From Balanoglossus misakiensis (Eukaryota > Animalia > Hemichordata): 64,000 nt of DNA. The notes below the pieces were generated by a model. It saw only the letters and a list, made by a program, of their open reading frames with translations, searched no databases and was not told the origin of the DNA. The translations under genes and the position numbers were made by a program. This document shows positions 37,256-49,588 of this stretch, piece by piece (positions within the stretch are counted from its first letter, which is position 1; every line of letters begins with the position of its first letter). The DNA is taken from assembly GCA_040954595.2 (NCBI GenBank), contig CM082580.2:9030390-9094389 (forward strand). Reading direction: 5' to 3'.

Positions 37256-40200
37256 CTATGATACAACTTCAGCGCTTTTGATCTTGTTGAAAGGGTTTCC
37301 AGGTGGAACAAGCGTAACCATCTTCGACATGTACGAAAGACGCTTGTGAGGTGAATCATTGGGTGAAATTGGTATTTTGCTGCAAGTAAAACAAATTATC
37401 AAAATGTTAATAATCTTATACTTGGACTCAAAACACATTTAAGAAATGTTGATCTGGATGAGACTGTGCAGGTGTCAGGCAAGCTTTAAAAGTTTTCAAG
37501 CACACCAGTAAGCTACCAGTAGTGCTGTTGTGACTTGGTAGGTATTGATTGTACTCACCTATGAACCCTTGCAGTGCTTGGTGGGGGCGGTGTCGGCAAC
37601 TGACTGTTTGTAGGAACCCTGCTTTGCCAGTGGGTACATCCAGCATATCCTGGAATATTTGGACGACTGGAGGAAGAAAAGTTAAAATTGGGCATTAAAT
37701 CACTAGAATTAGTACAGGCCTGAAATTCAATGAGGGTTTCGTCGGCCAAATACACAGTGATTCATGATAAAGTGTGCATATGATATCGCTTGTGTCAAAG
37801 GTCACTAACTGATTCTGTCAAAGGGTAAGTCGCCATCACACTTACTGAGCAGTGTCGGTGTATCTCGGCTTGTCTGTTCGAAGTGTTGTCGTTGGCAGGA
37901 AGAACTGCCTTGGTTCATCTTTGTCTTCAAAGTCGTACCCTCCAATGCAGCCAGTGTAATTGGGTATCTGATCCACCTTCTTGCTGTGACTGCAACTGTG
38001 GACGGAAAAAAGCAGTCATTATTAGGGGAGGCAGATAGTAAAGGTTAAATTTCTTCATAATTCTTCCTATGACGTTTGCAATAAAAAAGCACTGAGAGAA
38101 TTAGTTGAGACACACTTACAATTCAATTGGTTTCTGTAAATGATATCCATTTCTAACTTGGAACCAATCCCAGGAACGTCCAAAGTTCTGCAAAATGATC
38201 AGAATGGGAACAAATGATTTACATCAAAGGGTGAACCATTACATATATGAGGGGTGGGTTAGAAGAAATAAATATTTTAGGGCATCGTGCCTCCCAAGTG
38301 TTTGAAATTTTTTGTGTGTCTACTACCATATAAAAAAAACTAAAAACATATTATAGTGGTACTTGACAGTTTCTGCAATGACCTACCTGCCATGGTTCAG
38401 CCTCAGCTGCATAGCGTTTGTTGATCGTACATCTGTGTGAAATCATGTCAGACTGCTTTTCTAGAGTGCTCTGGGGCGGTTTCACTTTGGGAGCCAGCAT
38501 GCCGTCCCAGTCAACTTCATCGTACGCTCTGTGTGAAGAAACAAACAAAAAGATATATTAATGGAAACTTTGAAATTGTGGGTTATATTTACATAATTGT
38601 CAACAAAATGACACACCTGTACAGATGCAATGGCCACTCCCACCAATGGTATTTTCAACATATATTTCTTCATCAATAATATCCTTGGAGAAATGTGATT
38701 TATGTCTTAAATTAATGACAGCACTCACCTCTGTGTTGATGATGTATACATGTATCTCAGTGCCAGCTTATCTCTCCACTCTCTACCTTTGTCTTGAAGA
38801 ACATCGTCAACAAAGTGTTTCTGTGTGAAAGGAAAAATAAATAAGGAAGTTTCCAAAGTTCTTTGACTATTCCCAAGCATCAAACACTGATTGGAAAAAT
38901 TCACATTTTCATGCAAATGCACTTCAAACAGTTCTGGCAAGTGCTTGATGATTTTACTGCACATCAAATAGGTAGGTTTTGTTGATAAAGCTCCAGGCTG
39001 GATTGGGGTGGATAACTCTGTGTATATATAACAATTGGGACTGAACAAACATAGCATCCTGAAACTATTTGCGAAATGGATAAGGTTGCCAATCAGTGGC
39101 TGGTTTATGAGAAATGTGGTGACCAACCAGTGGTGGCTACTTTTAAAGGCCAACCAATGTACCACCACCAACATCAGCCATTGCTAACAGTGCTCAGTCA
39201 CTTTTGCCACATACAAAAGAAACTTACATGAGTCTTTTGTAATTGTTCAAATTTCTTTTGTTTTTGTTCTTCCTCCTTGGCTACTTCTCTAGGATCTTTG
39301 TCGCTGGTCCAGCCTAAAATGTATTATGAGGGAAATGAAATGTAAAGAAAGTAAGAAAAGTTGCTGCAGTACCATAACTTGTGGTTTTGCCATGTATTCT
39401 ATGTACCAATATCCAATACCAGGCAAAATGTCAGGGAATAACATAACAAAATTAATTTCACCTATGTACATTGGAATACTCCTATAAACACAGTGCCTAT
39501 AGACAGTGTAGCAAGAGTGTCAATGCATAAACTGTTACATGATTACCATATAACAGGCCTAATGTCAACAATTAACTTGGACATTATGGTCCTTTAAACC
39601 ATTAAACTATTTAATGGAAACTAGTGACAAAATATATACACTTTTGTTGCAACAATGTATCTTACTGCAGCTACAATGTATCCAGTGTCGCTATCAAAAT
39701 GACACATTTACGTGTTACGTTTCCTTTTAAAAAGATACATACCACCAAGTTGAGCTCGTACATAGGCATCGCTTATTTTGCGTCCACTCCAAGGTCCTGG
39801 GTCGGTGATCGACCGGTGATGGGGAGGTGCCGTGTAGGGAGGTTTGGCCAACACAATTTCCGGCGGAGCGCGTTTACTTTCTGTGCTGGATCTTACATCT
39901 CTGGCCTCGATGGATGTTTTCCCGATGGGTTGGTGTGGCGTTACTTGGTTTGGCGGGTTGTCGATCTGTTGCAGGGTCGGCAGCTTGGAGACCCCCGTCA
40001 GCCGGTCCACGTCGCCCCCTGCCGACACAAACCCAGAAGTAGGGTCCAGTATGGGGACGTTGTCGCGGTTTGGGGCCAGGGTGTCGTCGTTGTACTTGAC
40101 GAATCCCGGGCTGCCGTGAAACTGAAAACTGTCAAAATCTCCTCTGCCGACCGTGCGAGGGAACTTCATCTGTCGTAGCCGCTGCTGGTGGCGTATCTGC

Positions 40201-40283
40201 TGCATGGAGTTGCCCCCGGCGTTGGCATCGGTCATCATAATTGTTTGAAAATCGGGACGGGGTCTCAAATAAGCCTCCGTCAT
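37256..40283 (-). CDS. SPATA48: SPATA48/C7orf72 (SPMIP7)-like protein
   Basis: Multi-exon. WSGRKISDAYVRAQLGG; RAYDEVDWDGMLAPKVKPPQSTLEKQSDMISHRC..KRY; PNIPGYAGC; SKMVTLVPPGNPFNKI. These recall vertebrate SPATA48 motifs from memory. Confidence 0.75.
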
Positions 40284-40958
40284 CTTTGTGGTGTTTTTAA
40301 AGCAAGTCTTGCGTCACGAGATAATTTACGCGGTAGAAACGGAGCACAGTTATCCCGTTAAATGCTCAGATAACACACAAGAATAAGATCCAGACGTGAG
40401 TGACATTTACCACCAGTCACTGTCCACGATGGGCTGGTCGATCATTTAGCACGACTCGAGTACTCAGTATGACAACAACCAGTTGCTAGGAGTGTAATCC
40501 GCGAAGCATTGTTTACAGGATACCATAAAAAGGCTTCTGGCATGTTTCATTCACTGTGAGGGGAGTAGGAGGGGTAGTTGCCCGGGGTAGTTGAAAATTC
40601 ATCTTGTCACAGCGATTCTCTTTTTGCAAATAATTTTCTCATCATAAACCAAAGATGATAAAGTAACTTAACCAACTTCCAAAGTAAAACACAACAGAAA
40701 TGGGGCGTTTTCAAAGTTTTGTGAAGGATGGAAGTTCTATAAAATTAGAATGGTGCTAAAATTAGATTGTTAATGGATAATTCTGCTGAAAAAATATCTG
40801 TTTTAAACCAAAAGCACGATAAAACAGAGTTTTATCAAACGAGAAAACTGTGCTCTTGAAAACACCCCGAGTTCCATTGGTTTGGTCATAGACCATAAGA
40901 TGTGCTGCAGCCGACTTGTGACGTCACAAGGCTGAGGGGTTGCACCGGGAAATCCAAA
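40284..40958. promoter_or_regulatory. Head-to-head SPATA48/DPY19L1 promoter region
   Basis: 675 bp between divergent ATGs; palindromic CRE GTGACGTCAC at 40918-40927; YY1-like AAAATGGCTGCC over the DPY19L1 start; RFX half-site-like GTTGCTAGG near 40482. Confidence 0.6.
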
Positions 40959-43900
40959 ATGGCTGCCAAGGGTGCGAAGAAGCATAGAGGTTCGGGCTCC
41001 GAGAGTGAAAGCCAGTTTCAGCACCAACGACAACACCAGCATCGCTCGAAAAACGTCAGTAAAAGGGGGAGACCCAACGAAATCGGCAAGATGGATGAAC
41101 CAGTGACGAATACCAACAAAAATCGCCTTGCGCTCATTTGTTTTATAGGTAGGTCCGTGTTGATGTTGAATCGGGTACGTTGACTGATCACTACTGCAGC
41201 CCGGAAGTTTGTGTTGTGCACCGCATGAACTGACGCTAGATTTTTTTCTTGTCCCACAGCCATAACAGTTGGATGGTTACACGGGTAAGTAAAAGTAGTA
41301 ATAGTTGTTGTTTTGGTTGTTGTTGTTGTTGTTGTCACCACTACCACCATGACAGGATGATGATGATGATGATGATGATCATCATCATCATCACTGGTAG
41401 TAAAAAATATAAATTTCACCAACTTATGTTGCTGTAATTTGTCATTACCAGTAATTGATATGGTGTGCCATGGCTTGAGAAATGTAATACTACCATATGT
41501 TAATTGTTGAAAACAGTAAGAAATGGATCATTGGAAAGCTTTGTGAATTTGAATGAATTATGTGCTGAAATATGCGTGGACACTATTGAGAGCAGAGGGT
41601 AATAGAGTGAGAGGGCGAAACAGAAGTATGAGCAACATATGGCTGTAAATTGACGAAATATGCCAAGGTTTTGTCAGAACAGAGAGAAATTCTGATGTCG
41701 TTGCTATAGAGACTGACCATTTTATGTACAGAGAAATATTAAACCAGATGGTACTGAAAAGGCTGCTAATTTTCAGAAAAATATAAATTGCAGTGCTTTG
41801 CTGGGTGTTAAAAATATGGCATGAATTCTGAATTTTCTGTTATAAATTTTGTTCAAAAATGTTGCAAGTCTTTCATTCCACTTGGAACTGTGTGCATTTT
41901 ATAGTCAATCTTTCAACATGGCTACCATTAGTATACATACGGCTGGTTTCCCTGAAATTATTATGAACATTTCCTCTTTTTCAGTACCCACATATCAAGT
42001 ATGTTTGAAAGTGATAGATTTTTCTCCCACCTGTCAGATTTAGAGAGAGAAATGACATTTCGAACTGAAATGGTAAGATCTACATTGTTCATTCATACAA
42101 TTTCCAAAGCTCTGAAGCAATTACATGTACATGTAAAGGTGAATGATAATATGATACCCTGCAGTTTTTGTAAAATATGGTCTTCCTGAAGGGTTAAATG
42201 AGGACGTGCCAGTATATTTATCACGTTCATTAGTGTAGAACTCACTACCATTGAAACTATTTTTCTTACCTTCAGGGTTTGTATTTCTCCTACTACAAAA
42301 CCATAATTCAGTCTCCATCATTCCTCGATGGTTTAAACTCTGTAATGAGGGACAACATCACGGAATATCCGGACACAATTAATGTTCTGAAAAGGTTCAA
42401 TTTGTGGCCTGAAGTAAGTTCCATTTTTGAATCTCACATATTTTACTCTGGTTTTCCGTGCAGTGTTTAATCTGTGCATGTATGTTTTACATTTACATGA
42501 AATAGTACCTATTCTCACCTTTAGTCATGCATTATCAAAGATAAAGTTCAGTTCACAAATCAGAGTTCTTCAAAAATAGGTAAAGGGTAACGTATAAACA
42601 CGATACAGATTGTCAGTCGTTAATGTCACATTCCTGCTATAATCGAGGCCAGTTTTCTGCCATTTATCAGCTGACGTCATTGATTCAACAGGTAGTGTTG
42701 GCCGCAGGATACAGGATATTTGATGGCGTCACCAAGGCACTGAATATTCAGACCAAGTTCTGTTACACTGTCAACAGGGGACAAGACTTGCCGCCCGTTC
42801 CAAACTGTGAAGGTGAGGTTAGGTTCTGTGTGCAAGTACACTGTGCTGGGCATTTTATTGGTGGTGTTGTTGGCAAACAGTACACCCTTTGCACGCAATT
42901 GACAGGGCTGGGCTGGCCACCAGAAAAGTCATATGCACTAATTTCAAAAACAAATTTGATGTGATGAGATGAAGTATGTCATTTTAATTAAATGTATATC
43001 TTCACAGATTCCAAAATCACTTTCTGTATATATATATATATATTTTTTGATCATTTTGACAGGGATGGGTGATCCAGCGTACTTCTACATCAATGGCGTC
43101 TTCTTCGAGAATGGACTGACAATGTCTGTGTTCTTTCTCTATGCCACTTTGCTCAGTGACAGCATCCTGGGTGGTTTGCTGGCTGTAATCTGTTTCTTCT
43201 ACAACCATGGTGAGGTATGCCGTCTTATTGACGCGTTTTGTGCGTTCACACTCCCTCCATCACCGTGGTGTGATGAAAATGCATTTTCCTGCCCGCTTGC
43301 AGAAAATCTGAATCTGTATTTTTGTTTTCTACCTTCTATTTTCAAACCTACAAACCCTTAACACTGACGCCTGCCTCTAAAATTAGCTCACTACCTTTTC
43401 TGTATAAAAATAATCTTCTGTTCTACGAAAGTTTTTGGCTATATATAAGACTTTAGCGTGAATTTGCTTATTTATGCTCAAATTCCTAGCAAACTCGATT
43501 CCACTTTTTTTCTGTATTTTTAATATTAAAATTTACCACTGTAAAGAGTGATTTAAGGTAAAACTGAAAGTTGCATATATATAGTATTGAAAACAAATGT
43601 TGAATTATTTTCACAGGCCACCAGAGTCCAGTGGACACCACCTCTCAGGGAGAGCTTCTCATATCCATTCCTTGTTCTGCAGATGTTTATAGTAACATAC
43701 ACTCTCAGGTGAGGGCAGCTATTATGGTAGAAGGACATGGACATAAGAAAGGCTGGATTGAGAAGGAATTTCGATCTGAAACGTGATGAATTGTTGGCAA
43801 ACCGAGAATTTCAGAAACTAATACAGGAATGAGCACAAATCCATATTGAATTTGACACTTTGTTTCCTTACGATGTCTGTCTCTTACAGGATACCAAGAC

Positions 43901-46521
43901 CAGGTCTGCGACACACACTAGCCATAGCAGCTGCCACCGTGTCCTTTATGTTGCCGTGGCAATTTGCGCAGTACGCTCTGCTCACCCAGGTGAGAATGAC
44001 ATAAATGTTCATCATTAAGGACTGTCATGCACAGGAATTAACCCCACCTGTGTGCCAGTTGTGGAAACAGTGTCATGTACTGTGCAAGCTCGCAGTGAAA
44101 TAGTTCACAGTTGTGATAATGTTTGACACCTCGCAAGTATTTCCAGACTCATTGTAGGAAAAGAAAGAAGGTACACTCATTTGATGACCAACTTTATATC
44201 ATGGCAGCAATCATTTCATATGTTCATGTACAGTGACTGTGTATACAAATCTCACTGAAACTGTGTGAAATTAATTCCTACATTTCTATTTTCAGACTGT
44301 TGCTGTCTTTGGGTGTTATGTACTGGGATATATAGGATCCAAGAAAATGAAGTGTATTCTGTACGGGCAAATTGTAAGTAATAATAATAACCATGTTTAC
44401 ATACATGTACACAGACCAGTCTCTTAGACAGGGTTCTTGTAAACCTGACAATTTTGTGTCATAATCTTCTTTCAGCTGGCTCTGTTGTGCAGTTATGCCT
44501 TGCTGTTTGGCAATGAAATGCTGCTGACCTCATTCTATGCATCCTGTCTGGTCACAGTCTTGGTAAGTTATCTTTCCCTTTAAAAAATCAAATTGTACTT
44601 ATCACTTGCTCTGCTGTCATTTGAACCATTCCCATGAAATTGTTTTCCCAGTCAAATTATTATAGTGATATGTTTTTCAGGTCATCGTCTTTGCTGAGCA
44701 AATCTTGGAGAGGCTGAATGTTCGATTGCTCATCTTGGTAAGTACATCAACCAAATCAGAATGTAATGGTGACAGAAAAAGTGGGCTGTTCACTTTGCTG
44801 ATGGTTACTGTTGTATAGGAAGTATCAGTTGCAGCAGTATAATTTGGATTTGCCTAATGTTTTTTTTATACTGAGAGATCATAACATGGTTGGTAAGCCA
44901 TCAGTGATAGACTTATTATTGCCAAAATCTGTCATCTGGAAGTGGTTAGGAAATGCAACTCTGATATTGATTTCTGTAATACTGACAGTACTCTTTACTT
45001 TTTTTTGCAGATATCCCAGGGTATATTACTCATAGCTGGTACTTTGGGGTTTAAGATTCTCTTGGCGAAAATATTCCAAATTAAAGATGACGTGAGTAAA
45101 CGCAAGTGTTTGGTTCAACATTGGACACAGCTGCATAATGAACATGGCCATTTTTCTTCAACTGTAAAATGACTGTTAAAGTAACTACATGTACTGCACT
45201 AATGTTTTATTTTTCCTGTCCATGTCATTCAGGAGCACATTTTCAACATTTTCAAGTCCAAATTCTCGGATTACAAGGATTTCCACACAATGCTGTATAC
45301 GTGTGCGGCGGAGTTTGATTTCTTGGAGACTGAGGTGAGAAGACAGTGCTAGCTATAAACAAACATTTCCTACATCCCTGAAGATACCAGTTTTCCATAG
45401 TTGTGGAATGCAACTGATTATTGTTTATCTTCTTCTTTTTTTTCTTTCCAGACAATATGGAAATTTTTACACTCCCTGTTACTGCCCAGTAGCCTGGTGG
45501 CCATTGCTGTTGTTTCGTATCAAGTGAGTATCTGCCTTTTGGGTGGCTAGTGAGTACAAAAACAAAAGTTTGTGTATTGTAATACATGTAGTAGGAGCAC
45601 TCATATAGAAGTTCAAGTTGCGACACCATGTGTATATGCTGTGACCCTGCAAGGATATGGATACGACAGTAGCAGTTGAGACTACTGATATATGAAAGTG
45701 TCTCTTTCATTTCTTTAGTTACTTAGGAAAGAATATGAAGATTTCAAGAAATACTGGAGTAAGGACAAAGAAGAAGGATCTGAAGAGAACACTACTGAGA
45801 CAGTTGTTACAGAAGAGAGGTGTGTATTGAATTGGTGATGTGGATGGCTTGTTTTTATTCAAGCTGCACTGAAATTTCTGGCCACAAATAACTAATACAA
45901 TAATGAATATTTTTTGCATTTTTTTGTGTTTTTGTAGAGAGTGGAGGTCCAAGCCACATGCCGAGGTAAGTCACTCGTAGACGCACACACAAACTGAAAC
46001 TCAAATAGCCTGGGTGTAGTAATCCACCACTGACCAAACTTTTCAAAGGAACCTTAAAAAACGGATACATAAATTGATTCAAGCAGACTAACATAAAATA
46101 ATTTCTGTCTACAACGGAACCGTGCTGTACAGATACAATGTATGTCATATTGAAATACATCTTCTTTCTCTTTTTCCCCCAGGTGCTTTATAATCTCCTT
46201 GAGGTGGTGGCATTTACAATCATGGCCGCCATCATCATGCGGCTGAAGCTGTTCTTTACTCCACAGCTGTGTTTGATGACATCGATGCTGGCCAGTAGAC
46301 AGGTGAGTCTTTTGCCAATATTATTGCGCTGTCTGTGAGATTCATACTCAGGTCTTTACTTACACCACTATAGTTCAAAACAGCATCCATGATAGTTGAA
46401 ACCAGTGGACTCTGATAAAAACAAATCCACGTATGTAAGTTAACATAGAGATATGCATAATTCCTTTGTCAAATTATGCGTGTTCTTGCATAGAAAGATC
46501 TTTCATCACTGACATACACCC

Positions 46522-46564
<43 letters not shown>

Positions 46565-47951
46565 AGTTCTTTTCTTTCATGGGTGACAAGGCCAGGCACT
46601 ATTCATTCCTTGCTGTGTTGGTTGCCTTGATGAGTGTGGCCGGGATATCTAACCTGCAGTATCAATGGAGCATCAGGGGAGAGTACAGTAACATGCCCCA
46701 GGAGCTGCTGTTGGAATGGACCAAAGCCAACACCTCGCCAAGTAAAGTTTAATCCACATCCTCTGTCTGCGTAGAAAATAAAAAAAGGAGACGTTAGAAG
46801 TCAAACTATCTGATTTTCTGCTCACTGTGCGATCTCGCGAGATTTTGTTAGTTACTATAGCAACACACAAATTTAATTTAACTCAGAAGTATTTCAACTA
46901 TCATGAATTTGCATGCTTGATTCTGTACATATTGTACAACAAAACAAATACATGTATATTGTCGTAGATAAATTACTCCGTGGGAATGAATTCCCTGTGA
47001 TGCAGACGTATATGTATATGTGAATTTCAGATGCTGTGTTTGCGGGCTCCATGCCAACCATGGCTTCAATCAAGCTGTCCACAGAAAGAGCCATAGTCAA
47101 TCACCCTCATTATGAGAATGTCGGACTCAGGTAATGACAGTGTAGTGTGGCGCAGATCCAAGCAGCCAAATTTTGATCTGCTGTTTTGTACATGATCTGC
47201 CTTTTTTATATGTAATTTTTTTTCATCTAAGATTGAAATCAAATTTTGGTCAGCTTGATCTGTACTATGGGAAAGAAGCGTGAAATACATGTATATTAAT
47301 GTTTGCGACTACATGTACTTGTCTAGTCAAGTGTGCACGACACAAATCTGATGTGTGGTATTGGAAAGGTTATGGCAAGTATGAGTAGCAGAAAGGGCAT
47401 TCTCTGGATGAAATCTAGGGGTCGGTTGAAAGGTCATAGACTGGGGCTGATCTGCTTCTTCTTTTTCTTCTGCAGGAAGAGAACAAAACAGGTGTATGAA
47501 ATTTACAGCAGGAAACCGATCTCGAGGGTGAAGACGACACTTGAGGAGATGGGCGTTAATTACGTTATCATTGAGGAATCGTGGTGTCTGAAAAGTAGAA
47601 AGTGAGTCCCTTGCCTAATCGATAGTTGTGTTGAGAGCCAAACGATCACCGGCGCCTATTCTCAGTAGGAGTTGGTTTCTTCTTCCGTGAATTTGTAGAT
47701 TTCTGACAGATGTGGAAGAATAAATATGTTTTTTGCTTCCTCTCAGAACTGGATGTTCACTTCCAGAAATCTGGGATCTGGAAGACGTTGAAAATCGAGG
47801 TAATGCCCCAGTCTGCATACAACTGAGAAAGCAACCAGAGCCCTACTTCACAAAAGTTTATGAAAATCAAGTGTACACAGTCCTGGCCGTGCAACAGGAA
47901 AAAGATCCTGTGATCAAGACTAAACCAAGAAAGAAAAACGAGAAGAAATGA
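40959..47951 (+). CDS. DPY19L1: C-mannosyltransferase DPY19L1-like
   Basis: About 21 GT-AG exons, in frame where checked. [25 protein letters not shown]; [13 protein letters not shown]; [25 protein letters not shown]; LPWQFAQY; [10 protein letters not shown]; VNHPHYE; [12 protein letters not shown]. Confidence 0.95.
41304..41395. repeat. Compound microsatellite (GTT)n-(CAC)n-(GAT)n(CAT)n
   Basis: In DPY19L1 intron 2; the adjacent (GAT)n and (CAT)n tracts form a palindrome. Confidence 0.9.
46526..46565. repeat. (CT)n microsatellite forming a polypyrimidine tract
   Basis: CT run immediately before a DPY19L1 acceptor AG. Confidence 0.9.
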
Positions 47952-48009
47952 TTTTTATCTTCACATTTTCCTCTCTTAGGCCGGGGATAAATATTTTCCA
48001 TTGCATAAA

Positions 48010-48102
48010 CCCTTTCACCCCCCCCCCCCCATTTCTGTCTGTAGAGGTCCAACCTTACCTTGAAAACAATAGGCTTGGACCAAGCCATGTCAGTTGAAAG
48101 GG
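48010..48102. mobile_element. piggyBac-like MITE in the DPY19L1 3' UTR (same family as 29374)
   Basis: TAAA|CCCTTTCA...TGAAAGGG|TTAA; its reverse complement aligns with 29374-29458. Confidence 0.75.
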
Positions 48103-48903
48103 TTAAAGCAAAATGCCAAATCAATCTGCTGAAGACTTTTTTAAAAATCCATAGTAGCGAAAAACTGACATTTCTTTTCACTAATTTTATTATTTTATTT
48201 TATATTTCAAGATTTGCTTTTGACATCTATAATATATTTGTTCATTACTTGCCATCAGTATCAAAATCAAACCTCTTCCTTTTTATGTCTTGAATGTTTG
48301 AGACTTGGTCAAATCTGATATTACGATCTTCTGAAAGGAGAAGAATTTGCCAAATGTAAGATGTATATTTTCATAACTCGTCATTAATTGTCAGAATCCA
48401 ACATTCTTGATCAAATTTGATATTGTGTTCATACAAACAAGAATTTGCCAAACATGTATACATTAGATGTTTCCTGCATCATACAGAAGTTTTTGACCAT
48501 GGGGGAAATTACTTATATTTTATACTGTCACAACCACACAGAAGTTGTGAATGACAAATATCAATTATTTTGATGAACAAATAGAATTAACTCGGGAATT
48601 ACAGAAACTATTACTGTCTGAAGCATCTCTGCATCTTCAGGTCCTGAAAATCACTGCAAAAAATGATGCATATCTGTAGTAGTTTCAGTATACGTACATA
48701 CAAAAACTTCAATGAATTACTAAAGACAAAAGTATATCGTACTCATTCCTCAAGAGGGCGTATGAGCTTAAAGATTCGTGGATACCGGATCCGGATAAAA
48801 GTACATCTTTATTTTTGTATAGAGGGCGCTGAGACTGCATAGAGTATTCTTGTCGGCACACATTCCATATTGTTCCAATTTGAATATGTAATGTGACTAA
48901 CCC

Positions 48904-48977
48904 CTAGTCTCGGTTACCCAGACGTCTTTGCTTCTTCCGCTGCTCTCCAGAAAAGGCGTCTGGGTAGCTGAGACTAG
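48904..48977. mobile_element. Short hairpin MITE
   Basis: CTAGTCTCGGTTACCCAGACG ... CGTCTGGGTAGCTGAGACTAG (21-bp TIR, 2 mismatches); TSD degenerate. Confidence 0.7.
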
Positions 48978-49399
48978 CAATCCCCTTCCAAGATCCTGAG
49001 CCATGACAAGCGTGTTTTCAAAAAGTTTGGTCATTTCAGAATTTTCAACTAAAAAGTTGAAGCGACATTTAATGAGCAATTGCATTTTTAATTGCTCCGT
49101 TTTTTCACTGGCAATCGCAATGCAGTCCCTTTTGACAGAAACATTTTGTGAAATCCAAGGATTTATGCTGAATGTACATGTGGGTACATGATGTTTAATA
49201 CTGTTTTTAATTCCATTCTTTCTCCGTTGGAATGACAAAGTTGAGTGCACTTTTGAATGTATAATTGTATTCGTTGGTAGAGTTGTGCAATAAACCTATG
49301 GCTCTCATTTGTTAGCACATGTTATTTGTTCAAGTGTTGACCCCCCCCCCCCCGGCCGTAAAAACTGAACGGTCCCTAAAATGCTTCATTTCGATTTGT

Positions 49400-49588
49400 C
49401 AACTGGAGACCGCTGCTAACGTGATGCTGCTTGTCAGCGTCCAAGTGATCACAGGATTTGTCGCCGACGTGGTTTTCTTCAACATTTTCGCCAGTTGGTT
49501 AGAATTGGTCGGTGCTGGAATTATCATCCTCAATTCTCTGGTGGTCGCATTGTCCGCCTGGAGAGACAACACCCGCTTTCGCAAATAA
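49400..49588 (+). pseudogene. 3' remnant of an SLC35G-like EamA transporter gene
   Basis: QLETAANVMLLVSVQVITGFVADVVFF...WLELVGAGII...SAWRDNTR aligns with the C-terminus of 52415-53497; the 5' part is absent and abuts a repeat end at 49354-49378. Confidence 0.8.
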
